Shown piece by piece: positions 51,545 through 64,000 of a stretch of DNA of 64,000 bases. Each line of letters opens with the position of its first letter. The first letter of the stretch is position 1. Origin of the DNA: Octopus bimaculoides. Lineage: Eukaryota. Position numbers and translations under genes: made by a program. The notes beneath the pieces were generated by a model. The model made no database searches and was not told the origin of the DNA. It saw only the letters and a list, made by a program, of their open reading frames with translations. The DNA lies in contig NC_068981.1 of assembly GCF_001194135.2 (NCBI RefSeq), positions 53,950,324 to 54,014,323 on the forward strand. The letters run 5' to 3'.

Positions 51545-51972
51545 AAACTTTTGGCACGTGGCCAGTAATTTTAGGGGAGGGAACAAATGTCGACCCAAAT
51601 GTTCAACTGTTACTTTTTTCACCTATCTCGAAAGGATGAACGGCAAAGTCAACCTTGGCTGAATTTAAATTCAGACTGTAAAGAGCCGGAAGAAATGTTA
51701 CTAAGCATTTTGCCCGACGCGCTAACGATTCTTCCAGCTCGCCGTTTTTCGATATTCGATGATCATCCTTTTTACTATAGGCACAATGCCAGAAAAATCT
51801 GAGTGAGGAAGCCATTACATCGATCCTAGAGCTCAAGAAGTACTTTTTCCGTCTACACCGAAACGATGAAAGGCAAAGTCGACTCCGATGGAATTTGAAC
51901 TCAGAACGTAAAGATGAACGAAATGCTGCTGAGCATTTTGCCCAGCAGTTAACGATTCTTCCCGCTCGCCGC
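51545..51972 (-). mobile_element. Tandem dimer of family B SINEs
   Basis: Two cores, each followed by TTTTC(G/T)ATATTCGAT(G/A)AT (51746, 51973). Confidence 0.82.
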
Positions 51973-53299
51973 TTTTCTATATTCGATAATAATGTGGTCT
52001 AGAGTATAAGATCTTTACTCCCTCTTCCGTAAGTCAATATATACAGTGCATCCGCAGCTATATTATCTAATATATCCTTCATTTTGTTTCTCAAGACAGT
52101 AGAATGTGATTGTAGAGATTTGTTTGTTCATTCCTTATCGGCGGAGTAAATATATAGAGACCCGTCTTACTGGCTCCAGATCATAACATTAGAATAGCTG
52201 TCATAGTCAGAGATTAGCCAGTAACTACATTACTAAGAATTGGGGAAAATAGACAAAATAAAGGTATGTTAGATTGAGAAAATTATTGAGAAAACTGAGC
52301 TTTTAAAATGTTTCTTTATGAGGTAACGAATTGCGAGATTGAAGGAAATTCAATATTTGCTTTCAACTGACATTTTTTTTTCTTGCGGTCATATAAAGTC
52401 AAATTTATGACATTAGTTACTACTCTCTGGCACATTTTAGAAATTAATCTTACTTCAGGGATTCATTCATTCTTGACTGAGAAATTTCAGCATTCCAAAT
52501 CACTGTTTTATGACATTAATCAAATCTTTAGTTGATTCAGCGCTTTATTATAGTCGTTACTCGCTTTATTACACCGCCCCCTGATTGCAGGAAAGTAGGA
52601 CAGGTTTTTTCATGGTTTGATCAAGAAGAAAGGACAGTACACGTTACGTTTGCAGCTATTCTGAGTTTGGTCAGATCATTGATACAGTTGTTCTTCAGCT
52701 AGGATATTTGTAAGACGACGTTTTCAGGTAAAACGTAAGCACAATGGAGAAAAAGAAAGATTCTAAGTGGTCGAAGCGTTGAGGAGAAAGGATTGAATGC
52801 ACTGGTCATTCGGGGCCTATTATGTGACACAGAAGTGACGAGCGTAAGAGAGATGGGTGTACCTATGGGCCTTGCTGAAGATGATATGCAACTAGGTGTT
52901 TCCAAGGAGCAGAAAACATTATGGTAGTGTTTCATCGTATTCATCGACTTTACAAAGGCGTACTAAGAGAAAGCTTATGGACCATGCACAAAAGATATGG
53001 GTGTCTGAACAAATTTGTATTGATGATTTTCCTTGGTGCCCCAGCATATCTGCAGTCCAGTGACTGACATCAGTGAAAGATAAAGTTATGTCATTCTTAT
53101 ATTACTGATTATACTACATTCTTTAATATTTTAAAATTACGGTAAAAGTAAGGGATTATCTTTGGCGTATTTTGTTGTACTATAATGATATAAACGTAGT
53201 AGTAATTCAGGAAGTCTACAACAGAGTGATAATAGAATATCCAAGTAGAGTCAACGAAAAGAGAAACAGTGCAAGGGGAAAAAATGAACAAAGCAAGAC

Positions 53300-53800
53300 C
53301 AACGAAGTATAGTACAAAGTTAATATAATTAATATGTGAGAAAGAGAACGCGGAAAAACGAACGTTTCGAACGGTGGTTCTTTAACAAGAAAAGAGGATG
53401 GAGAAGGGTGGGGGAATAGGGGAATAGAATCCAAGGTGAAACAAAGAATGTTGATGTCGATAAGGTAACATGTTCAATGTCAGAACGGATATGAGTAGAA
53501 TGGTGGTTTACGGCAAGAAGACCGAGATAAGAGAGAGAAACGAGATAAGCGTGGGAAGGTGTAATGATGTATGATTGAGTAGATTATGTGTGTATTTGCG
53601 CGCGCATGCGTGTGTGGGCATGTAAAAGTGAGAAGTCAAGAATGCAAGTAGGTTGTGTGCGTGTGTGAATGAACGTGTGAGTGTATGTGTGTGTTTGTGT
53701 ACTTGTGTGTGTGGGGGGGGATGTACGTAGTGGTGGTGTGAAGAGAGCTAAAACGAGTGTGAAAGAAAGTAGCTTGTGTGTGTGTATGTGCGTGTGTGCT
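53300..53800 (-). mobile_element. Second Penelope-like terminus, heavily decayed
   Basis: Same architecture as 16400-17190 on the minus strand: CA-rich tract, pyrimidine tract, ...CGAAACGTT motif, similar tail. Confidence 0.4.
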
Positions 53801-55759
53801 GGGCAATAAATGCAGATTTTCTATGCTACCATGTCGGTTATATGAACAATGAACAATAGTGTGGGTATGTAATACATTGGTAATGCAATGTATGAGCGTG
53901 TATGCGGTGACAGGTGTGGTGAATGCATGTGAGGTTGTTTACATATGTGGAGGCATCTCTTGAGACGGTAGTTTTTAGGAAGAAAGCAATTCGATTAATA
54001 ATCCTAGCTTGGTTAGCTGTATTTAACTGGAAAATTAATTGTTGTTTGGCAAGATTTTGTAAGTTATAAATATACTTTATTTAAACTATTTAAAGAATCA
54101 AAGCAAGTAGAGGAATTTTAGTATTGGTTGGTGCCGTACTAGTGGCATGTGAATATGATTTCGTACTTCTTTTATCGTGTTTCTTTTATTTATATCATTT
54201 TATCTTAGTTTCTTTTAGTCAAGAAATACTTGTAAGCTATCTTTGATGTCGGCTGACGAAAGCGTGTGATACCATGTTTTAGTATAAGTCCTCCCAAGCT
54301 ACTGAAAGTTATTTCATGGTATGTATAGTTATCATTTCTAATTTACAAAATTCAAAAATATTTCTACTCTTTCATCGTTTGGTTAGAGATCAGCCTTGCA
54401 GTTCTGGTGAAGATATATTCTTATTCGGTGTACTTCAAAGATTATTTTCCTCCTCAAACTTCGTAGTAATCGCTACATATTTTATCTATTCTTGGTGTTT
54501 TTTTGATGATTTTTCAATGGCAGAGGCCACACTAGCAGTCTTCTGTATTAATTTTATAGATGTGCAGAAATGTAAAAGGAAAATATAAGTCTCATTAGTT
54601 GATAGACCCATATGTCAACACATTTGATCCACACGACGCCATATGTATGTAAATCTGTATGTGTATCTAACTGGTTGGATGAATCTTCGGATGTATGGCT
54701 GAATGAGTGAAATGGATAGATATGTATATGAGGGACAGAAAAACAGATGGATGAGTTATCAAATGCTTCTGTTCAGAAAGGTGAAACGCTGTTAATTTAG
54801 GCTCTCTAAGTATTTATTGTGAAAGATAAGTTATGCCACAGATCAGTGAACATACAAATTATTAGAATAGTCACGCATATAAAAACACCATTTACATAGA
54901 CATATCGTTAGAATGAGAGACGCTTAGAAAGAGAGTGGAAATTATATCGTCATGTAGAGCAAGACAATTTGATTAATTTTTCTGAATGTCATGTATAATT
55001 TTGTGTCTTGTATTTAACGGGGGGGGGGGGGATATTCTGTTACTTATTTCTTAATTCGTGTTTTGTTGCTCCACCTGCTACAATTCCTTACAAATTGGAA
55101 TATTTGGGATGTTTTCTCTTAAGTGATATAACAAACCTTACAATCATCGTAAGACTGAAGACAACTCTGAAATAGCTGATTGTACTGACGCGAAGCGCAT
55201 TGTAGTTTTGCTATTATGAAAGTAATTTTTCTTTTTCATTCCAATCCTCGGTAGAATAAATCAGTTATACTACTCAGTAGTGCTTGAAAACTAATAACTT
55301 TTTATATTTATATTGATATTGCTCTTTGTTATTTGTTTGAGAGGAAGGGACATTGCCCAAATATTTTCTAACACGCTAAGACTGGTGAGGCCAAGTTTTA
55401 AAAGTTGATGCTTTTAGGAAAAACCTAGGCATGGCGGGGTTTCCAAAGCGCTTTGTTTCTTCATTAAAAAAAAGGGGGGCTTCAAATTAATTTAACACCT
55501 GCTTTAGAGAAAGAATGGTCAGATAATTTTTTCATTGGTATAATCTAGAATGTCGGCATGTGCAAAGAGGGAACATTAGTTTTCGAGGGTCTCACTTGCA
55601 TCATTTGAAAACCAGCAACTATTCAGCTATCCAATGCTGAAGTATTTCCTTTATCTAAAAAGGGCGCCTAAACTTTGAAATGAACACTTTCAACTTTATT
55701 ATATGTCTAGGATTGCATTATTTAATGTCTCATTTACTTTTCTAAGACGCGATAAAATC

Positions 55760-55830
55760 TAATTTGAGGGAAATTTGTCTGCTATTTCTAGCATATCAAG
55801 CGATCAGCTAAATGCTCTTTCGTTGGATGG
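55760..55830. repeat. Short dispersed repeat (also about 12390-12450, 51340-51385, 52090-52150)
   Basis: Shared (g)atttgaggga(g/a)atttg.ctgctatttctagc-like motif in either orientation. Confidence 0.45.
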
Positions 55831-57813
55831 AGTGGGTAAGATTTCTTGATATGCGTAGTGAAAGAACCAAACCTTCATATCGATCGAAGGATGCTTTCTG
55901 TATCACAATACAAAGAAATAATATAGTTGCCTGATCCGATCCAAATGTTGCGTTGTGTATTCTGGAATACACTCGTTTGCAAAAGATTATCGGGGAGTGA
56001 AGTGTTGTATCATTATGTAGAGAATTATGTTTGGTTACAAGTACAGTAATAAGGCCTTTAATGTAAAAAAAAATAAAGAAGAGTATAAGACACCGAAGTT
56101 GAAATGATTAGATTAGAGAGAATACCATGGACACACGCTGTGATAAAGTAGCATAACTGGAAATTCTCTATCAAAAGAAATATGAAATTTTCTCGCCTAT
56201 GGGGAAACCATAGGCGAGCAACTTTACTTGGACGTTGTCGTCTCAGAAATAGTCAAATACTGTTACAGTTGTTGATATCAGTCAAGTGCAACCGTATTAT
56301 ATTTGTTGAGTTCTCAAATTTGAAAGATCACTGGTGCATGTCGAAGGAATGCAAAGTTCGAGTAAATCCGAATCTAGAGAAACGGTGCTGGTGGTCCTCG
56401 AGTAAAGAAAATAGAGTAAAGTGATAAAAGTAGATATCATTTACAACTGTTTCCATCAGCATTCAGACTCTGAAAATATATATATATATATATATATTAC
56501 GAAGATCTGAGTGGTTTACTTTACTTGGAGATGGGACTCACTCTTGTATGTGTTCCTATAATTAATTTGGGTCAGATAACGTAGATAGAGAAAAGTTGAG
56601 GAGGATAAAGACCAACCTAGGAATATTTTACTTGTAGCTAATAGTAGAAATGCTTTTAGGGCTAGTCACCTTGTTGAAGTGCCAGGACTTTAGAGAAGGG
56701 AGGTATAACTATTTGAGTTATGCCACAGGCAAAGTAGGCCCAAACAGGTCCGGAACTGACAAGGTAAAGAGAGAGAACTAAATATGACACAACTTGGTTC
56801 CAATTTAAATTCAAATTATCTATAAAAATGTATAAATCGACGTGACCGAAATTATTAGTTTCTGATTTCAGAGCAAACTGAAAACTACTCTGCAAGAAGT
56901 GTAACCTGCAATAGTACATATTCAGACGGAAACAACATGGGTCAGTAGTAGCCATCTGCTGCAGAGAACAGGAAGCCTGAAGAATGACCACAACAACACA
57001 CACGTCTTAGGATCTCGTTTTAATCTCACTGTATATAGGATGTCAGATGACCCAATTCAGGGTCACCAACTTCCGGTCCCACAGGAACCAGGCTAAAGTA
57101 ATAGCAGTGGTAGGAGCCAAGCCCATTCTCCATCCACGAACGAAAACGTTACCGAAGATCTAGATGTTGGTTGCTCGGAAGAATTCCCGGTTATTTTTAT
57201 TTCGAAGAGTGTGAGAAGAATAGAAAATCGGATGTTACATTATTTTCCATCTCTTTGAAGTAACCTTGGAGCATTTCTCAAACCGAATTCATGCCAATTT
57301 CTCAACTGAAACTTTAGCCTTTTGTCTGTTGTTTAAAACATATATTTAAATTTCTTTATTAGAGAAATAAATCCGGGATTAAATGTAAAACGCGTTTATA
57401 TTTATACATTAAGCGGAAATGATTCATATTATACATAATCAAAATTCAGCGTGTATATATATATATATATATNNNNNNNNNNNNNNNNNNNNNNNNNNNN
57501 NNNNNNNNNNNNNNNNNNNNNNNNNNNNNNNNNNNNNNNNNNNNNNNNNNNNNNNNNNNNNNNNNNNNNNNNNNNNNNNNNNNNNNNNNNNNNNNNNNNN
57601 NNNNNNNNNNNNNNNNNNNNNNNNNNNNNNNNNNNNNNNNNNNNNNNNNNNNNNNNNNNNNNNNNNNNNNATATACTCTACTAAAAAGTATTGAGTAATC
57701 TTTCAGTTTAATGTTAAATTGTTTTTATTTATAACTTCACGCAAAAACACGTTCTCTGTCTCCCCACTACACACACACACACAAATACACATACACACAC
57801 ACACACATACACA

Positions 57814-57872
<59 letters not shown>

Positions 57873-59221
57873 GATAAACTTGTTTTTTATGTTTGCTTTT
57901 GGTTCAAATAAAAATAATTTTAACAAGAGCTCACAGCTACCATGAGGGACATTATCACAACATTGGCTCTTATTAGAATATAAAAAGTACATTTATATGA
58001 AATCAATCAATCGAAAGAGGTGAAAAGTCATGAAATTCATAAATAACATCTGAGTTGGACAGGACTTACACATGATATGTTTCTAAATGAAAGAGGAAAT
58101 GGTACACTTATTTGAAGAATAATCTACGAAAACATTCTTTATTGCAATATGATAATTATGTAGCTTTTAGCAATTCTAGTTGCTGGGACTACTGAATAGC
58201 AAAATGTTATCCGCTGATGAAAAAAATTTTTTAGACTCCCATCTCGACATCTTACTGTTAAACCACTTCGTTGCAGGCGATTAATTTCACCACATTCTTT
58301 CTGAATCACTGTACCGAGGCAATCTAAACATTTCTAGTCTTCATTAAGATTTCGTTTCCTTTTCTTTGGGTCAAATTCATTCACTAACGACCGTAAATAA
58401 TATATGATGTATATAACACAATTCTTGAAAACGGAAATTCAGATTTTTTTTTATGTGAGAACGTTTTCTAACTTGTGAAAATCTAATAACAAAGGTGTCG
58501 AGCCCTTGTATGGAAATACACAAGTGAAACTATTGTTATTCATAATTTTTATTCCATTTCTGATTGTCACAAACGCAAGATGAGATAAATATCCATATAC
58601 ATTAATGAATTATGACTGTAGATCATAGTAAGGCCTTAAATTAGGATTTAAGTCAACGTAGGATAATCAAAATTATAAACCAAATGCATTATACAGCAAA
58701 TAAATTAACAATGAATGTGAAAACTTTCAGTGTTACTGTCATGTTAGAAACAAATTTAGAGAGAGAGAAAAAAGAAAGAGATAGATAGATTGATAGACAG
58801 ATAGACAGATAGACAGATAGATAGATAAAGAGAAAGAGAGAGAGAGAGAGAGAGAGGAAGAGAAATAGAGAGAGAAAGAGAGAGGACGTGTTTGGCAAAC
58901 AGAAGATTTCGTTTTTGTACTTGTTCTTAAAGTCTCGTGTTCGCTTGTCAAATGTTCTTACAGTTTGTTTTCTAATTAGCTGTAGTAAAAGCTCAGATTT
59001 TAACTCCAGAGCCGAACATAGTAATCTCTCTTTTCATGTCGTTACTCTCATTAAGTTTTGGACGTTGCTCTCCGCCGAATTCGAGCTATTTCTGCACTAA
59101 TGTCTTATTCTCGAACATCTATATCCTGAATTTCCGTCTCTAACACCTTTTTTTTTATTCGGCACGCTCTTTCTCCTGTAAGTGCTTTTATTCTCTTGTT
59201 TGAAACCGATTTCGATCTTAC

Positions 59222-59301
59222 CTGAACCCCAACTTTCCTTCAAATAGTGAAACATCTACAGTGATGTCGTTTTCAACTACATCTTCCCGGAACCTTGACA
59301 T
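59222..59301 (-). CDS. Candidate first coding segment MSRFREDVVENDITVDVSLFEGKLGF(S/R), weak PDZ beta1-GLGF-loop resemblance
   Basis: Lies in a 237-nt putative exon (59458-59222) with acceptor atttttttgctgctgttgtcAG and donor CAG|GTAAGA. Confidence 0.3.
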
Positions 59302-59609
59302 GTTATTGCCCCAGATCCCATAGCTGTCTCGTTATCTCCAAATCTACACTCATAATCGACGAAAAATCCCAGTTCCCTATCACCGATAATTTCAATTGCA
59401 TTTCTATCATTTTCATGTACAGCAAGTCAATGAAGAAGCTTCATTACGATCTCCCGATCTGACAACAGCAGCAAAAAAATCATATTCTTACATGTTAAAA
59501 AGTAGGACACATAATGCAATCCCAGATATACTATATCGAACAGGTTTGGAAAAGCCTTGTACGTTGATACAATCATTAAAAGACTGTTGCTTTGAGCAGT
59601 GACTCAAAA

Positions 59610-59773
59610 GGTCTTCTTCTTCTTCTTCTTCTTCTTCTTCTTCTTCTTCTTCTTCTTCTTCTTCTTCTTCTTCTTCTTCTTCTTCTTCTTCTTCTTCTTC
59701 TTCTTCTTCTTCTTCTTCTTCTTCTTCTTCTTCTTCTTCTTCTTCTTCTTCTTCTTCTTCTTCTTCTTCTTCA

Positions 59774-59843
<70 letters not shown>

Positions 59844-59845
59844 GA
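59610..59845. repeat. Long (CTT)n followed by (ATT)n
   Basis: Directly visible. Confidence 0.95.
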
Positions 59846-60399
59846 GTGAGAGAGCAGTGCATGCCATCAAAGTGACACTGGGGTAAAATATGCGAAGCCC
59901 ATTATACCCATCATGACTATCCACCTGATAAAGGTACACCAGGCACAAGCATCACAACCATATGTGCGCGACATAGTGATCTCATATCAAGATAAACAGC
60001 GCATGACCTCGCAGGTGGGGCCCAGTTAGAATTTTCTTCAATTCGAGTAATCCATCCCGCTCAAAAGGTCCCTGAATAAAGTTTGTTTAAGGATGTTGAG
60101 CAAAACACCCATGTTTCCAAAGGTGAATTAGTCAAACCCCAAAGAATTCCTCTCAACACATGGCTATGATGCTCGCCCACTATTTCTGCTCGTGATCAGA
60201 GATGCACATATCGTCAGCCACCAAGGGACATGCTCAACTGGTTAAGGTCAAACAACTGACAAGCAAATCTGTGGTATTAAGCAGAATATTTGCTGTAGCC
60301 CATCTTTTTATATCAAGACAAAACAATGTACATGATAACACTTCCAATCAATTAAGATCAGAAGCCATGAGAGCCAATGCCTGGTACTGCATCCGGGCA
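59846..60399 (-). mobile_element. About 550-bp interspersed repeat with (AAT)n tail, class unresolved
   Basis: Sharp boundary with the (ATT)n tract. I recall it as a common octopus repeat; there is no second copy in this window. Confidence 0.45.
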
Positions 60400-61677
60400 T
60401 TATTGGAGTAGTGGATTGGTAGAAACAAAAGTTACCTTTTTCAGTCATCCGCTTCACTCTTCTACGTTCTTAGTTCAAATTCCACTGGAATTGACATTGT
60501 CTTTACCAAGAACAGTTATGATCAGTACATCCATCCAACCGTATCGGCCTGGAGCTGATCCGCGAAATTATTAATATTTATTTAGCAACATATTCTATGA
60601 TCCACAAAAGTGTTGTAATAACAGCTATAATAACATAAGCACATTAAAGAATATACGAGTTACTGAAGTATTTTTTGTAAAAAGTCTGAGTAAGTTTGTG
60701 CAGCTAATATCCTTTTCCACTCTAGGCACAAGATAAAGGTTCAACATGCGATGTAACGTTCATGAAACACACACGGAAATGTAATAGTGTGGGCAATTCC
60801 GTAAACAAGAGCTAACAATTTCTTCTTCGGCATTTTGTATTTAGCTTAAGTTGGCTTCATTTCAATTCCTGATGGTAGCCATTTCACATCTCGTAATCGG
60901 TAATACTCTAGGTACGAAACTGGGACATCACATAATCTCATTATCCCGTTCTGCATATAAATTTATTTATGTGAGAAATCAATAATAGAAATTATTCTAC
61001 TCGTGTGAAGTACTTGAATAGTTTACACGCGATCTCATAATTATTCATTTTGATAATATTATGTTTCTTTGAGATCTTTATTCTCAAACATTTTGAAGTT
61101 TGTTGTTGACATCATTAATGCATCACCCGACTGAACAATTTATTTTATGATGTCTCCTATCCACATGATAAATATATTGCAAAAGCATTTAGTCTTTACA
61201 ACGGAAAAATTATCTAAAACACGTCTGCATTACGAACCAATTGAAAATTTACATATGTAAATGGTTACTATAGTGTAACATCTTCCAGAAAAAGAAATGT
61301 TTAAAGAAACTGAAGAAATATGCAGATGGAACTTCCAAACTATTGAATTGTTTTTGGTATTTAGACTTAAGTCAACTCTTTAAAAACAGGCCTTCAAGCC
61401 TATACTCATCCGGTCCTTTTGGGCAATAGGGAATATTTCTTGTCCAATGTACTTTGGCTTTTTTCTGTACAGTAGTGTGTGATTTGAGTGAGGTTTGGTT
61501 GTAATTTTTAGCTGATTGTGCGACTTCGTAGAAGCTTCCTGTTGCTGGTAATCAGTGGTAATTTCACTATATTTTAATTTGATTTTATTGCTTTTATTTA
61601 TAAACATACACGCATACGCAAACGCGCGCATGCACATACATTCACAAGCACGCACGCGCACACACACACACACACAA

Positions 61678-61715
<38 letters not shown>

Positions 61716-61774
61716 ACGCACACGCACGCATTACATTTTATAGATATTTAACTTTTTATTATTTATGCAAGAGT

Positions 61775-61965
61775 TTAGCACGCCGGGCGAAATGCTTGGA
61801 GGTATTTCGCCCGTCTTTATGTTCTGAGTTCAAATTCCGTCGAGGTCGACTTTGTCTTTCATCCTTTCAGGGTTGATTAAATAAGTACCAGTTACGCATT
61901 GGAGTCGATATAATCGACTTAATCCCCTCTCTCAAGCTGACCTTATGACAAAAAATTTGAAATAA
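61775..61965 (+). mobile_element. SINE family B
   Basis: ttagcacgccgggcgaaatgctt...gagttcaaattccgtcgaggtcgactttgtctttcatcctttcaggg. Confidence 0.88.
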
Positions 61966-62123
61966 TTGTTTATGCAAGAATAGTTATGGAATGTCACAGG
62001 AAACATCAGACTGGCTCGCTCTAGCTCGGTTTATCTGAAAATTATATGTGTGTTCTCAGTATCAGAATTTGTTTAATAAAAAAGAAAAGAACTACAGTGG
62101 AACCTCGCAGTACAAGTGCACCA

Positions 62124-62219
62124 TTGTACGAGTAATTTGTTGTACGAGTAATTTGTTGTACGAGTAATTTGTTGTACGAGTAATTTGTTGTACGAGTAAT
62201 TTGTTGTACGAGTAATTTC
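62124..62219 (+). repeat. 16-bp tandem repeat, 6 copies (TTGTACGAGTAATTTG)
   Basis: Five perfect units and one with a terminal G to C change; no spacers. Confidence 0.97.
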
Positions 62220-62384
62220 TTGCACGAGCCGAGGCTCGTGCGAATTTTTTTCTTGAAGTACAAGCAGAAATCCGCAGTACGAACGAGTTTCATACAAGCA
62301 ACCGCTGGTCGGCGCTTAACTCGTGCACTTTCCCAACAGGCGCGGTCTCCGCTCGCTCAGTTCACGTGTTTATCTTGTTGTATT

Positions 62385-64000
62385 AGAAAGTTAGTGCAAA
62401 GGACAGAGCTGAGAAGAAGAAAAAGCTGATTGCAATAGAATTGAAAAAGTAAATAATTGATAAACATGGGAGAGGAGTGCGACCGAAGAACGTCGACGAT
62501 TTGCACCATCCTGAAGAAAAAGGATGTGATCAAGGCCGTTATAACAGCAAAGGCGTCTCCAGGATCTCTAAGCAACGTACATCTGTTCACGAAAGTATGG
62601 AAAAATTGCTTCTCCTGTGGATCAACGAGAAGCAACTCACAGGGGATACGGTTACGGAGACCATCATCTACGAGAAAGCACAGGCGCTGTATGGGGATCT
62701 CCCGAAGCAGAAACCTGGAACATCGATGGAGGAGAAATCAGCAGACGCATTTAAGGCCAGTCGCGACTGGTTTGATAATTTCAAGAAGAGAACTGGTGTT
62801 CATAGCGTCGTCAGGCATGGAGAAACAGCGAGTTCTGACGCAAAGGCAGCTGAAGATTTCGTGCGTGAATTCCGTCGGCTCATCGCAGCCGAAGGGTACA
62901 TCGCACAACAGGTATTCAACTGTGATGAAACTGGCCTTTTTTGGGGAAAAATGGCCGGAAGAACTTACATAAGTGCAGAGGCCACAAGCCTATGAAAATG
63001 CCAGGCCACAAGCCTATGAAAGATAGGTTAATTCTTACCCTTTCTGCCAATGTGAGTGGAGACTTGAAGATTAAGCCGCTCTTTGTCTACCATTTCGAAA
63101 ACTCACGAGCGTTCAAGTCGTATAAAATTCCGAAGGAGAAGCTGTAGATCATGTGGAGGGCAAACGTTAAAACCTGAGTCACCAGGCAATTCTTCTCCGA
63201 GTGGGTCAGCCTCGTCTTCGGACCAGCAGTGAAAAAGTACTTTTCGGCCTCTCCTTGACAATGCTCCTGCTCACCCTCCTAACCTCGAAGATCATATCCT
63301 GGTTGCATTTAAATTTATAAAAATTCTGTACCTTTCATGCAACCTACCCCTATCTTGCTGCCCATGGAACAACAGGTGATTTTTAATTTTAAGAAATTGT
63401 ACACCAAATTCCTGTTTCGTCGGTGCCTTGAAGTTACCGAAAATACAAATCCAACCCTTCGTGAGTTTTTGGAAGGAGCACTACAACATTGTAAACTACC
63501 TGAAAAATCATTGATATGGTCTGACAGGGTTTAACGAGGAGAACGCTGAATTCTGCATGGAGGAAACTCTGGCCTGGCTGCATATCCAAAAGAGACTTCG
63601 AGGGTTTTGAGTCTGAGGTATCTGTAGTCGATGAGATAGTGTCTCTTGGCAAGTCCATGGATCTCGAGGTTGATTATGGGGATATTAACGATCTCGTCGA
63701 GAAACACTCAGAGGAGCTGACGACAGATGAACTCCTGCAGCTTCAGGAGCAGCAGCACTTGGATGCGGTGGAAGAGATTGGTTCCCCAGAGGAAAATAGA
63801 ATTCTATCTCTACGAATGACATAAAGGCAGTGTTGGCAAAGTGGTAATGTGTTTCTGAATTTGTCGTAAAATATTCTGAAAAAGTAGCTACAGGTCGTGC
63901 AGCTGCTTTTTTTAATGATACCGCTCTGGCACATTTTCGTAACATTTTGAAAGGCAGGAAAAGGAGACTTCTCTTGATGTTCCTAATGAAACGACCTGCA
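62385..64000 (+). pseudogene. Tigger-type transposase pseudogene (CENP-B-type HTH plus DDE_1)
   Basis: MEKLLLLWINEKQ..., FKASRDWFDNFKKR, QQVFNCDETGLFW, MPGHKPMKDRL, LLDNAPAHP, EQQVIFNFKKLY, EELTTDEL; several stops and frameshifts. Confidence 0.93.

Larger units (their letters stand above)
62095..64000 (+). mobile_element. Tigger/pogo DNA transposon, left end intact, right end outside the window
   Basis: TA|CAGTGGAACCTCG left terminus followed by a transposase pseudogene. Confidence 0.92.

Noticed and set aside
52740-52927. Protein-like plus-strand frame (KILSGRSVEEKGLNALVIRG...)
   Set aside because: No start, no convincing splice sites and no recognisable motif.
62124-62219. CRISPR-like regular repeats
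   Set aside because: Head-to-tail tandem units with no spacers, inside a eukaryotic transposon end.

Overview
Eukaryotic, AT-rich, repeat-saturated non-coding DNA from a gapped short-read assembly (about 15 N runs, most flanked by microsatellites). The two dominant tRNA-derived SINE families and the extreme microsatellite load look like a coleoid cephalopod, most likely Octopus; this is recognition from memory, not a database result. No host gene can be identified with confidence, and almost all listed ORFs are microsatellite or N-gap artefacts. What can be supported: about 25 SINE copies or fragments of two families; decayed Tx1/L1-like, RTE and Penelope-like retroelement remnants, one with a degenerate minimal hammerhead ribozyme; a Helitron Rep relic invisible in the ORF track; three mariner relics, two of them with inverted rearrangements; a Tigger/pogo transposase pseudogene running off the right end; Tigger-type and hAT MITEs; a GG-terminal MITE family with an 8-bp TSD that carries TTAGGG arrays; four long foldback hairpins; and a 5S rRNA 3'-half fragment. 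A few weak candidate exons are flagged at low confidence. I found no CRISPR array, no Fanzor/TnpB and no intact transposase or reverse transcriptase.
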